A stretch of DNA of 64,000 nucleotides from Convolutriloba macropyga (taxonomy: Eukaryota), in assembly GCF_964194025.1 (NCBI RefSeq), contig NC_134473.1:61690001-61754000 (forward strand). The letters are read 5' to 3'. A program made the translations under genes and the position numbers. The notes beneath the pieces were generated by a model that was not told the DNA's origin, did not search any database, and saw only the letters and a program-made list of their open reading frames with translations. Of this stretch, positions 37,212 through 50,349 are shown in pieces (positions within the stretch are counted from its first letter, which is position 1; the number at the start of each line of letters is the position of its first letter).

Positions 37212-38753
37212 AAACACAGCCCGCAGACTGCCGGAAAACAGCCGCCGCTGACGCGCTTGATACAGATCGTGATTGAGACAGAAAAAGAAAAAAAAGCAAA
37301 GATAAACAAACTGAATTTTTCTCTTTTTTAGTGTCAAAAAGTGTTCTAATTTGTCGTGCAGTTTCAGTTGGATTCTAAGACTACACTTAAATGAGCTTCT
37401 AAACTGAAAGCTATTAAGCTTAATGTCAGCTAGCAATCGCTCTAATGAACTTTGATAACCTTATGCACTATGACCGGGCTTTATCGATTTGTCCTGTCTC
37501 TTTGGATTTTGATCTTTTGACTTTTACAGTATTCACCACATCGCGTAATTGAATGCGTGAAAGAATTTAAAATCTATTCAGTTGAAACAGTGAGTGAAGT
37601 AAGTCAGAAGTCAAACGTGAAAATCGTGACTTAAGTAAAACGTGATCAAAAGGTAAGGCGAATTAAAAAACATAGCAGAACAAGTCCTGACGTACAATTC
37701 AAAGAATTTCCATTGACTAAACAAAACATAGCTGGCAGATTGCCAGAAAATAGCCGCAATAGCTTCGTAGATCTGCAGTCTCAAAAAAATCAGTAAAAAG
37801 ACAGACCAAAAAATTTGAAGGCTGATATGTTATATTTTGATTAAAAATCTGGATAATTTTTTGCTGCCTCTATTAGCTGCTCTCAAATAACCTTCATTTA
37901 GAGTGACACACACCCATTTGACCTTATCTCTTTGAATTAAAGTAAATAAAAGTCATTCAAAGTGAGGAAGTCATTTTTGTGAGTAAGTCAAGTGTGACCA
38001 ACAATTTAATCACGCATATGAACAAAACTCGCACCACTAATGGCGAAAAATGACGTCACACACGCACTTCAGTTGACATTGCAGGAACGAATGAACAAAA
38101 AGCAGATTTGAAGTGGTTGTGACGTCATATAGTCGTAACAAAAATCGTGACGACGAAATAAAAAAACCAAGAGAAGGCCAATAATAGCCCCAGCTATCGC
38201 TGTGCGGCTATTAAAAACTAGACCTAGAACGGACTATGAGTGAATTGGGAAAACCATTTCCAAAAAACATCAAAAATAAAAACAGAAAATCAATGTCAAA
38301 ATGCCGCATGTGAACAAAAAACAATTAGCGAAAAAATGAAAATTTAGTTGAAACAGAAAACAAAGCCTAGAATGAACTACGAATAGATTGTGAAAACCAG
38401 TTTAAAAAATCCGATCCAAAAAATCGAAAAAAAACGGTGAAAATCAAAGTGAAATTGCCGCATGTGAACAAAAAACCAGTAGCGAGAAATCGAATTTTTG
38501 TTCAAACACCATTTTCTCACTCTACTTTAAATTAGAGCGAAAAATTTTCACGCCGCAAAACCACTTGCTTTTTTGCTCCACTTCCTGTTTCGGCGTGATC
38601 AAAATCACTACTCCAATTTGACTTCAAAAATCATGAAATTGTGTGAACAGATCTTTAAAAAAAGACAGCGCCCCAATACAATTCAAAATCTTTGAATTGT
38701 AAAAAGGAGAGCGCCTAAATAAGAGCCGCTGAGAGTCTGACGGCGGCAATTAA
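37212..38753 (-). mobile_element. Triple nest: HINE-A1 > HINE-E (37669-38702) > HINE-A2 (37725-38214)
   Basis: Three paired sets of termini; each insertion lies in a T-run. Confidence 0.8.
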
Positions 38754-38755
38754 CT

Positions 38756-39254
38756 AACATAGCTGGCAGATTGCCAGAAAATAGCCGCAATAGCTTCGTA
38801 GATCTGCAGACTCAAAAAAAAACAGTAAAAAGGCAGACCAAAAAAATTCGTCTTTTCATTGAAGGCTGATATGTTATATTTTAATTAAAAATCTGTATAA
38901 GTTTTTGCTGCCTCTATTAGCTGATCTCAAATAACCTTCATTTAGAGTGAAACACACCCATTTGACCTTATCTCTTTGAATTAAAGTAAAAGTCAATTTC
39001 AAAGTGAGGAAGTCATTTTTGAGAGTGAGGTAAGTCAAGTGTGACCAAAAATTTAATCACGCGCATGAACAAAAAACTCGCTCCACTAAGAGCGAAAAAT
39101 GACGTCACACATGCAATTCAGTTGAAATTGCATGAACGAATGAACAAAAAGTGGCTGTGACGTCATATGGTCGTAACAAAAATCATGACGACGAAATAAA
39201 AAAAAACCAAGAGAAGGCCAATAATAGCCCCAGCTATCGCTGTGCGGCTATTAA
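38756..39254 (-). mobile_element. HINE-A2 abutting the 5' end of the preceding A1
   Basis: Highly similar to 37725-38214; CTGGCAATCTGCCAG hairpin + CTATGTT. Confidence 0.82.
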
Positions 39255-39354
39255 TAAAACGAAAAGTTATTACGATAAAAGTCATTGCAAAGACCAGCAG
39301 GACTTTGTTTGAGAGCAGTTAACAAAATTTTGAAAAGAGACTGGGTTTCTTCAA

Positions 39355-39636
39355 ATATGCCAAGATTTTGACGAGATTCTTCAATTTTAGAACCAGATTA
39401 TTGAGCCCCTCATCCTCGTAAAATATTCTCCCAGCTTTAAGATATTCTGCATTATTACATGATTAACCGTTATAAGTTACTATCCGGAAAACGAAAAAGA
39501 TCCCATATCCCATAACTTATAACGGTTTTCTATGTTATAATGTAATACATCTTTTATCAGGGAGAATATTTTAAGAGGATGAGGGGACTCAACAATCCGA
39601 TCCTAAACTTGAACTATCTCGTCAAACTGTTGGTAT
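39355..39636. repeat. Imperfect long palindrome, probably an old foldback MITE
   Basis: Arms pair with mismatches, e.g. CCCCTCATCCTC..AAAATATTCTCCC with GGGAGAATATTTT..GAGGATGAGGGG, and AACCGTTATAAGTTA with TAACTTATAACGGTT. Confidence 0.75.
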
Positions 39637-39716
39637 GTGAAGGTAAACTTATCTACAAACTTTGTCACCGTTTTGTTTCAGTGACAACTAGTTACATCAG
39701 TTCTTTTCTGACTTAC

Positions 39717-39815
39717 AGCCATGAGCATCTGTCTCTCCGGCTCGTACAACTTCTTGTTTGCAATGACTGAGAGCATCCCGTGCTGTATGGAGCGCTGCAG
39801 GTTCTCCAATTCCAA
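39717..39815 (-). CDS. PIP5K1: PIP5K1 exon: LELENLQRSIQHGMLSVIANKKLYEPERQMLMA
   Basis: Resembles LKGAIQLGI...KPERDVLMQ; tag/gtaagt; 99 nt. Confidence 0.92.
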
Positions 39816-39877
39816 CTACAAAACCACAAACAATTGTACAAAACAACAGCACAAACAATTGTAACAAATAATATTAC

Positions 39878-39931
39878 CTTTTTGAACTTCTGGGGCTCAT
39901 TGTTGGCGTCCAAGGTTGTGTGCCCAACTTT
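39878..39931 (-). CDS. PIP5K1: PIP5K1 exon: KVGHTTLDANNEPQKFKK
   Basis: Resembles PIP5K1 KIGHR.VD..G...YKK; cag/gtaata boundaries; 54 nt. Confidence 0.9.
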
Positions 39932-41689
39932 CTGAAGTAGAACATGAAACATTCATACATTTTTAAATTGAGAGTCTTCAAAAGACTATGTTTCAGCGTC
40001 TCAAAAAGTTCATAATGACCTGGACATGAGAGTGCATTCACAATATTTATTAATCTCTCGGTGATTTAAATAATTGACCAGAGCTGTCCCAAAAAAGCCC
40101 CTGATATTTTAACTGTCATCTTTCAGAACAAAAGCGTTCTGTTAATTTAAAAAGAATGTTAATAAATATAAAGCGGTTTCGCATTGAGTTTTTTTGGCTT
40201 CCCATATTTTACTTCAAAAATTAACATTAACCAACTAAAGTCGAACGAAATTCTCTCAAATGACAGTCGTACTTCAATTTGTTTCTAGTAAACTTCATTC
40301 GGGGGGGGGGGGGGCTTAGAGCCTCCTTAGATCACTTCTGGGATTTAGGAAATCAGCTTTGGCGCATTTTTTACTCTTTAATAGTAAACTACCGCGATTT
40401 ACAGAATTGGCTTTCGAAAATTTGTAGTTTTGCCCTACTGATTACTTGCTGAAAAAGAAATTATGTTTCCAGCATCATTTAAGTTGTGTAGCGCATTGCT
40501 CCTCTCTAAATTTCTTAAATTTGCAATAACTGCGTAGAAAATAACCAACTTTTATTTGAGTTTCTCCGCTCAACAATCCATCGACTGGAGAGAAGCTTAC
40601 GCTGCCATAAAAATCTTAATGAGCAACTATATAGCCAACAAAATAACAGATAACAGCTACCGAATAGAACACTTAGGCTTTCAATGCCAATACTCGATCA
40701 GAAATTGTTCCCTCAGAAATATCAATCTCCATTTCATCCTTCAATTTAATGTCAATTAGATTCATCAGATTCTCTACAGCAACATCCGGGAATATAAAAG
40801 CTGTAGCGTCCACGAAAAGAGATGTATTAAATTAGTATGCGCCAGAAAAAAACAGTTTACATGCGCGATATTATACAGCTTAAATTTCAAAGCATCTTTT
40901 GTCCTTCCGGAGCTAAAAATGAATATTACCACGATTGTTAAAGGCATCGAGAAGTTATCAAACTCAGGGGCGAAGCCGAGATCTAGAATAACTTTGAATT
41001 TCAAAAGGTCGATAGCAAACCCAATGATAATATTTTTCACCAACTCCCGTTGCAATAAAAACAATTGCATAACTTACGCCACACTGAAGCTGGTAAAACT
41101 CGTTTTTCGCACTTCTCCATATAGCAAAAGTGGCGAGAAAATATGATAGAAAAAAATAGTCAGCCAAAAATCACAAATTTCGCCATTGTTTCAGATTTCC
41201 GTAGTGTTCATCGGTCAACAATTTGTTCATAGTTATCCAATTTTTGTTACAACAATGGGAGTTCATTGAAGTTTGAATGCTAAAAAACGGTTCCCTTTGG
41301 ATACAAAAATATTGATGTCCTGTCCTGGTTAAAAAGAGCGATTATGCGTCAAATTATATTAAATTCGAAGAATTATATAAAATAAAATATGATTACTTTC
41401 GTCTTTGGTTAAAATCAACTCTTTAATTTGGTGAAAGCGTCGTGTCTAATACAACCATATGACAATGTTCTTTATAAAACACATTCACAAAAATGACAAT
41501 TTATAGAAAACTAAAGGATAAACTTTTTGCTTTTCGATATTCCGAAATCAAAATCCAGTTGAAAGTTCTGGCATTTCAAGAGAAACCGTGAAAACAAAAA
41601 TATTTCAATATAAAAACATGGCATCTTAATTGGGAGCAAAAAGTATTTTTTCCAAAAAAAAGTTTTAAAAAAAATTACGAATAGCTTGT

Positions 41690-42345
41690 AGACATCCGAG
41701 TCAGAATTCTCGAAAACACTCGCCGTTGATTCCCGTAATCCCGCTTGGAATTGAAAGAACAGAAATGTAAAGTGCGGACTATTTTCACTTAATTTTGAAG
41801 TTAGAAATTCTTCTCTTTCTTAATGAGAGGACACATGGGCTATCAGCAATACCAAAAGCATTAGAGATGGTAACTAAGATTTATAAGAACAAAATTCGAG
41901 TAGCTGCCATCTAAAATTGGGCTTAATGGGTTTATCACAAAAGAAATAAAAAATTATATCACGCAAAATGTTGAAAGCTGTGCTCCAAGGCAAAACAAAC
42001 CAAACTTTTGTTCGACAAAGTAAAAAAAACGTAGCAGGACAAACGAACTTCCATTAACTAAAAAAACTAAAAGACCACTAAACAAGTGGAAAAAAATCCG
42101 ATCAAAAACAAACACCTTTCCCTCACTCTACATTAAAATTATAGAAAAAAATGAAGTCGTAAAACCACTCGCTTTTCCGCTCGACTTCCTGTTCGTCTCC
42201 AATTTGATTGCAAAAATCATGAAAACGTGTGAACAGATTTTTTAAAAAAGAAACGACAGTACCCAATACAATTAAAATTCTTTGAATTGTAATGAAAATA
42301 GGGCAGCTATCATAGCCGGCTGAGAAGATGAGGGCGTGTATTATT
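41690..42345 (-). mobile_element. Degenerate HINE-A3 with nested E
   Basis: Same arrangement as 18958-19978. Confidence 0.62.
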
Positions 42346-43241
42346 AATTAACGTCTACTAAAAATTGCGTTTTAATTACCTGATTTTTCACACATATAAC
42401 AAAACAATGCAGCGAAAAACATTTATTTTTGATCCAAGAATGTTGCTAGCACGAGATGGCAAAGCAGGACACTAATAAACGATCAGGGTGACGAGATCGA
42501 CAGTTTCAGCTTATTTTCTTTCAGTATCTAAAGTAATCTGTTAGGACATATGTCCACTTTATGGAACAATCAACGTTCCTTATGCTACTCTGAATATCAT
42601 TTGTTTCTGAATGATTTTAAAACAGAATATATATATAGGCAGTATTGGAGGTCCAAATTTGAAGTTTTCGTCCATCAGCAAAAAATCAATGTTCTCAGCA
42701 GCTAAAGACGCCAGAAGTTGATTGTGAGGAAAACCGTTCCTAATAATATCTTGAGTTGAAATTTTTGCCCACGTTTGTTGAGACCATTGTTAAGAGTGAA
42801 CGGCTTTCGAATGACATCTCCTCAAGTATTTCTCCGGAGATAACATTAAAAGGTCAAACTTAATATTATAAGGTTAAACTTACTGAACAGAAGAACCAGA
42901 ACGAACAGAATTCATCGCAAACTATTATGAACTGCAACTACTTTGAACTCAGGGCTAAAAGTTTTAAGATAGACTAATACCAACGTGTTTTCTGATAAAA
43001 AGTACTACAATAACTATTTAGGCTATTTTAAATATAATTGCTTCAATCACAGAAATGAACGATAAAACCCAAGTCGATCTACCCAGCTAAAACCTCTCGC
43101 TACGTTATCAGCTACAATTTTACTGATCAAGAAAGGACTTTTAATGCACAAAAAGCACACTTTTAATCATCAAAATGCTAGCTGGCAATGACAAGAAATA
43201 TATCAGAAAGGCTCGCGGAACGGCGCGTGACGGAAAACTTA

Positions 43242-43859
43242 AACATAGCTGGCAGATTGCCAGAAAAAATCCACAATAGCTTCGTAGATCTACAGAAAAG
43301 ATAGTAAAAGAAGCAGAGCAAAAAAATGGTTTTTATTAAATGCTGAGATGTTATGTATTGATTACCAATCTGTTATTGCTTCTATTGCTGCTTCTATTAG
43401 CTGCCCTCGAATAACCTTCAATTAGATTAAAACACATTTACTTGACTTTATCGCTTGAAATTTTTGAAAGTGAGTTAAGTCGTGAGCCCAAAACTTAATC
43501 AGGCGAATGATCAAAATATCGTGTCAATAAGAGTGAAAATGATGTCACGCACTCAATTCAGTTGAAATTGCATGAACGAATGAAAAAATTGACGACAAAT
43601 AAAATACGAGAAGGCCAGCAATAGCCTCAGCTATCGCTTTACAGCTATTAAAGAAAATGCCTAAAGTTGGATGAAATGCTCTCGATCGAGATGCGGGCGC
43701 AATTTAGAAGTAGTTCATAAATTTTACGATAGCAAAAAAGGCCGCTACAAAAAGGTTTGCTCTCCAGACCTCCAGAATGTCAGTGCACCAACATAACTAC
43801 TAAGCATCAATTGTTTTGATTCTATTCCATCTTAATCGATTTTATATTATCAACAAACT

Positions 43860-43933
<74 letters not shown>

Positions 43934-44072
43934 TTCAAATGAGGAATTCAATCGCAAAAAATCCCTTCAGAAGTGAAATTGACCTATTGTTTTGGAAAAC
44001 GGTCAAGCGAAAACTTTGCAGAAGAATAAACAATCGTTTTCAATAATTGCTTCAAACTTCGCTCGAGAGCAA
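43242..44072 (-). mobile_element. Adjacent HINE-A2 (43242-43651) and HINE-B (~43655-44072)
   Basis: Termini recognisable; the B copy contains an (AG)n tract. Confidence 0.65.
43861..43929 (+). repeat. (AG)n microsatellite
   Basis: Direct reading. Confidence 0.95.
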
Positions 44073-45559
44073 GTGTTTGAGAAAAGAAAGTCCTGAATCA
44101 TTCAACTGACATTTAGATTCTTCCTTACCTCAAACCTCTTGAATATTAAACCAGTTCCAATCACGCAATATTAACAGAACTAGCTGAAAACAAAGTCTTA
44201 CATTTTTAACCTTTCGAACAAATGAAACCATTTGGTTCCCAAAAAACTTTCATCCAAAAGACGGCAACTATTTGGCTGCCTAGATTAATTTTACAAATAA
44301 ATTTTAATTTTGTCAGAGCATATCTTCTGACAACCATGCAAAAAAAGTTGCGAAAAAGTCAGTGAATTAGTTTTGATCTTTTTATACCCAAACAACCAAC
44401 ACAAAGAAGTCCCCCAATTTTAATATGTCATAGTGAAAATCATTTCAGCATCATTTAAATTATTAGACAAGAAGTTCACTTTAAAGTCCTGTTAAACATC
44501 ACGCAGAAAAGGTAACGAATGCAGAAAAGAAGCTAATGATCTCATCTTTATTTATAAAAAATCACCAAATGTTTCATCGGCAGCATATTTAGAAAAATTG
44601 CTGGCAGTTGAACTCTTTTCTTCAAAAACAGTACTTCCTAATTTCTCGCTCCAAAAAAGCTCTAAATCAAAAGTCCAATTAATTGAGCTAACAAGGCACA
44701 TTTCCAGCCGTTGGAATTTGAGACATTTACCAAACTGATTAGCTGAACTGCAGATAATTTTTGAAACTTCCAGAAAAGAAAGTTTGGTAATCTCAGGATC
44801 TGTTGTTGTTTCCTATCCACAACCCTATACTCTCACTAAAAACATCCCTGGACAGGAACTCGACAAAAAGACTAGGGGTTTCTTCCAAACTAAATTCCGC
44901 TTCTAAGATCATCATTGCTTGGCAAAAGATGAACCTTATAATTACTAGGCCATTCCCGGTCAAAACTAAACAACATAGTTTGAAAGCCGCATCAGTATTC
45001 TCATTCCAACCTGCATTGTTTAAATGCGAAAACATCTCATCCTTATCATCAGAAATGAAACTCAAGCAGCCGTTTAAAGTGCTTTACAGCAAGCCATAGA
45101 GGCGAACACGGAAGACCGAAAGGAAAAAAATTGGGGGGATTGATCTTTTTAACAAAAGGAGCGATGCAACTTTGTAAAAAGAGCAAGCCGAAACAGAAGA
45201 ATTACAATAGAAGGGACATCAGATTACTGGTAGTTAACGAAAAAATTAAAGAACTACGAAGGGAGTCTGCTGAGGGAGAAAGGTTCCGCAACGATAAAGA
45301 AGGTTATCGGTGCTGCGGTATCTATGGTGTGTATGGTATATCGACAACAGTATCTATGGTATATCGACGACGGTGACATTTCGACTGCTCAAAGACTTCC
45401 TGGGGGCAAAAGTGGAGAGCGACCAATGCTTGTGCTTGTTGCCTTTACTGAGTCTCCTTGGCTGCTGACATTGAGAAAGAAGGATTTGTTTCATTTAGTT
45501 GCTTAAGAAAAACATCTTTTATTCATAAGCCCGAATGGTGAATGAATACAATAACCATT

Positions 45560-46660
45560 TGAATCAGGAACTAGCAAAATAGTTCAAAACAAACTACTGA
45601 TGTAAGGGCACGGCTAACGAGTTAAATAGTTTTAATTTCGATTACTGAGCGATATGCGCCATTGAAGCACATTCATCCAAGAGAAGTTTTCTTCCAAAAG
45701 TTTGATAATCTTAAAAATCTGTGTACCGAACCTAATTTAATGCATAGAAGAAAGACAAATTAAATTTCAAATTGCATAACAAGTTTAAGACATTCGGATA
45801 GGGCTCGAAAAGAGCATCAAGAAAGCAAGAAATGCTTTAAAAAAGTTTGAAAAGTATCAGACTTAAAACATACCTTCAATCTTCCCAATTCACTCACGGG
45901 AAGGACTCTTATCAATATGAGATTCCCAAAAAAGATTCCTGTTTTGGGGGTGCTGAATCTAATTCATCCGCCTTTCGGATTGCGGAAAAGTAGTTTTTTG
46001 TAAATGCCTGCAAAAACCTTAAGCAAAGCAATTCCGCTAAAACATGTGTTCAATCAAAGGGATGTTGAAAATTCAATTTGATTGCAATCAGTTTCCGAAA
46101 AAGGAATCATAGATTCTCCTCCAGATAAGAAAAAATCGGCGAGGAGCAAATAAACCTCATTGCCAAAAAAGCAATTATAGACCAAACTGTCAATGGTTTG
46201 GATCAAAACTTATGAGAGCAATGTTCACAAGAAAATATGAATAAACGGAGAATTTTAATCCGATATATTCGAAACAATTCGGCTTCAGGAAAAACATTCA
46301 ACAGTTGATGCATTGGCCTAAGAATTAGCCTTAAAATAAGGAAAAAAAAACAGTGAAGTTTTTGCTACCTGAAGAAGGCTTTTGACATATTAGTCACAAA
46401 ATTTTGTTTAGAAAAATGCAACTATATAGTATTCGTTATAATAAAGTGATTTAAGGGCCTTTCATCTGAATGATCATACAATCTAACCATAGCGGGCAAG
46501 TCATCAAATTTGGCTAAATGTAAATTGGGGTGTTCCTCGAGGATCCATCCTTGCACCAATCATATTTTTGATCTACATTAATGACCTACTATATGTGTGC
46601 ACTCAAGATGTTTATCTCTTTGCCGACGACACCAATTTTTGCGGATTGAAGTGCTCGTAG
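45560..46660 (+). mobile_element. Decayed LINE reverse transcriptase fragment
   Basis: [39 protein letters not shown] and LFADDTN motifs with stops and frameshifts. Confidence 0.85.
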
Positions 46661-49600
46661 TGCACCTTTTCCCCCTTATTTGAAGTGCATCAGATAATAC
46701 ATGAAATGATTTTCTTTAAGAAAGGCCGATATCAGAGTAATGATTGTTCATTGGTTTTTGACGGTTTAAGCAACATTCTAACGCTTTCTGAATTATGTTT
46801 CGGACCTTCTAAAATTTGTTCTTAAATCATTAAATGGGCTTCATACAGAAAAGTATTTGAATGATGATTCCTTTTGAACGACTGATTGTGACCACAGGAC
46901 GTGCATCTTGGAGGTTACTTAAAATCACATTATCGAAAACGAAAAAAAAACCCAATTACTCAACGTAGCTGTTTAAATTGTTGAAAATGCAAAATATTAT
47001 CCCAGAAAAGTTGAATAAAGTCTTTGACACAACTAGTCTTTCCGAAATAGACACTCTAGAATATTCCTTGGTTAAATGTTTTAGAATTTTTATGAGATCC
47101 ATCTGATGGCAAAAATAAAAGTTGTATTAGTTTTTGCTGTCTTTTGAATTTTCGTGCAATAAGTATATCCGTTCTGCAATATTGCAGGGCACCCTGGAAA
47201 ACCAGTCTAACGACCCCGTTGCGAGTCCTTTCCCGGCCTTTGATCACTCAATGTCCTTAATTGAATTAAATTGATGTCAAATTGTTGATAATTTGGTTAA
47301 AATACATTTGGAGTAATAAATTTGGAGTAAAATATATTCGTCTTGAGCGATGTTTGATTTATGTTTGAGAAGGCATTTATACCAACTGGGCGAGGATAAA
47401 TTTACTTTCTCTCTCTTTCTCTCTGCTGCATGATGAATTTTAGTCTGTTGTCAAGCAGGGCATTGGCAAACAGAACTTAAAAACAGAATTTCAAATACGA
47501 CTGGTTATTTATTTTAACGACTGGTCACTTAACAGCATGTTGAACCCAATAGAAACAGATATCTCCTTCGAGCAATTCTGTTCTACAGCAAAAATACAGA
47601 AAACCAATTGCTTTCAAACATGCTGATGACGTGTAAGTTGAAGAGCCGCTTTAGAAACAAATGATCAAGCTGTAAATATTTTGCATTGTTCAAAATGAGA
47701 CAAGCCAATGCGTGAGTTTTGACGCGTCTTCTTTTTGTGATGACAAGCTGACAATTTACAGGGGATGGATTGAGGAATAATAAAAAGCTGAACACTTTCG
47801 CGGAACATGGCTTTTCGGGAAAACAAAAGCGGACCAAGAAGGGGTCCACTTATTGCACTCCGATTGGCAACACGGCGGAGTTGCTAAGAAAAATTGATAT
47901 TAAAAACCTCATACAATAAAAAAAAATCAGCAAACGCTAAGCCCGCGGAGCAAGAAAAATCACTGTAGCATTCAAAAAAGGTGTCATATTCAGAAGTTAA
48001 AAGCGTTTTGATGGCCAATTTTCAGTATTGCTCATCTTTCCTATCTCAGGATCATATATTTTTTGGCATGGACTATGCCTATAGACTCACAATTCAATTA
48101 CTTGATTAAAGACACAATTATATGAAAACAAACATTCCTGAAAGACTAATTTTAGACACTATTTAAAACCTTTCATTTCTGAACAACTAAACGTTAAAAA
48201 ACCGGATGCGAAAACAAAAAACCTTTAACCAGTCACTATGGTCCGCTGTTTAAAAAAAATCTTAAAACCACTCAGGATTCAATATTTGAATAACATTCTC
48301 CGTGTTCAATTACTTTCTGATCAAGGATCTCTTAAGTGATAGCCCGCCAGGTTTCTATAAAATACCGGACCCACAGTTAAGGAAATTTAAAAATCTAATA
48401 CCTTGCACAAAAAGCAACACACCTAGAGAATCTGATCATGGTTTTCAATTATTTTTTATAGATATTTAAAAATATGTGCTTTGGACAGCGCAAGTCAACA
48501 AAAATTTTCAGTTTAGGCATCCTGATTCGTTAGGACAAATTGCATCAAAATAATGTGACGGAAACGAAAACGACAGAGCACAAAATTTGAAAAGTTTTTG
48601 CAACTCAGTATCAAGCCTTCTTATTTTTACTACGAGACGCTCCACAGAACATAAACTTTGTGGTTTTCCTCTTTATTTTGTTTCCAGAAAGATAATGAAA
48701 AAATAAAAAAGTCAATGAAAAATTGCAGTCTTGATCAAAAACAAAAAATAGCAGAAAACAGCCCAAAAACTTTAAATCCGAAATCCTCTACCAAAGTGAA
48801 CAAAAAATCGGGAAATTCTCGGTAACATATGAGGCCGAAGAGAGAATTAATTTCAGACAAAGAGAAAAAGAAGGCATTAGCGGAAAATTCTGGATCCAAA
48901 ATGCCCTGAGAAATTAGGAAATATCCCAACTATTAATATCCAAAACGATATTTTAAAGAAATTGCCAGTTAGTTAACGTAGCTTTCGCTCATGCAGATTA
49001 ATTGGACTCTTGAGCCTAAAAGAGAGCAATGTGACAACAAATTTTTTTTCAACGTTTTTAAACATTTAGCGTTGACAGCAATTGATTTTTTTTAAAAAAG
49101 TGCTTAGCTAAATGTTTTAACCGTTATCACTAAGTTTTTAGCGAAACAAATTAAATTTCTCTTGCGTCGTCAATATGATCCCAAAAAACTAACGAGCGTT
49201 AGATCTGACATTTATCGTGCTCTTCAATGGCAAAAAAAGTAAAAGACAGATAAGTATATCTATTGAGTGAATTCAATTCTAATTTCATTCCTTCAAACAT
49301 TGATAAAAAACAGCAAAAAATACCTGATCAATAGTCGAGTACTTCACAAGCTCCAAACTTCAGGGCTTCTTGGAAAAAACAACTTCAAATATCATTAAAA
49401 TACTAAACGTTTGCAATAAACAACGAGGCTAAAAAATACTTCAAATAGGATAAACGTTTAATTAATTTAGCATAAAACCGAGTCTTTCATTCCCGACCGC
49501 TCCTCTGGAAAGTGAAAGTAAAAAGAGCTCCCTTTTCAGCCTACGAACGTGCATGCCAACTATTCTTATGGTCACTGCTTTTGACAAATCTCCCTAAAAT

Positions 49601-50349
49601 GAGCACAAATACAGATTTAATGCAGTTCTTAACTGAAAAAGCTAATTAATGCAAAATCAGACAAAAATTCAATTGAAGCAAAGAGCTACGGTTAAGCAAT
49701 CAAAAACTATAAATAAACGTCAAACAAATACCAATCTAGAAAAAACTTTTAAAATACATTTAACATCTCCTATATGCTAGAGTACCACTGATAGGTTTTT
49801 CCACTAAGTTAATAGTTACTTTGCAGTGCTATACGAACCAACCGGATACTGGAGCGGTATCATTAACAACTGTCTTTTATAAAATTTTAAGGAATACAAG
49901 AGTTTCATGAAACTTTAGTGCATAGAGTAATTATCAAACAAAAAAAAACCCATTGAATTGTTCTCGTATTTTTTGTTGTCTTTCGTCTGTGCAACCAATT
50001 CCTGCTCCACGGTCGTTCTCGATTGCAAGGTTTGCGAGGCGTTCAAGTCAGTTGAAAATCATCTGGATGCTCTTTAACTAAGCTGAACTTAAAAGATGCT
50101 ACGTCCAGTCTGAAGATTCATCTTTAATCTAACCTGAGTATCGGTTCCTAAGTTATTTTAGGGACTGGTCGAGGTCATTTGGGAGTATTTTCTGGTAATC
50201 GTAAATAAGGGTTAGTGCTCATCTGCTCTGATGGCGGGCTTCAGCTATTCTTGACACGGCTATAATAGCCCGAAGCTAGCCTTCGAATCGGTTTGAAGCC
50301 TTCGAATCGCCATTTTTGTTTGTGTTTCCGGATGAACTTAAGAGATGAA

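Noticed and set aside
732-43260. Recurrent palindromic AACATAGCCGGCAGATTGCCGG motif as a CRISPR-like repeat or terminator
   Set aside because: Spacing is irregular and kilobase-scale, flanks are homologous rather than unique spacers, there are no cas genes, and the context is eukaryotic; these are transposon termini.
44793-45099. Overlapping ORFs on both strands upstream of the RT fragment
   Set aside because: No recognisable motif and no convincing splice phase linking them to PIP5K1.
50225-50285. Hammerhead-ribozyme-like CTGATGG-CGGGCT...AGCCC-GAAGCTAGC
   Set aside because: Invariant core positions are altered (CUGAUGG, GAAG) and no stem I pairing is evident; at best a dead Penelope-type remnant.
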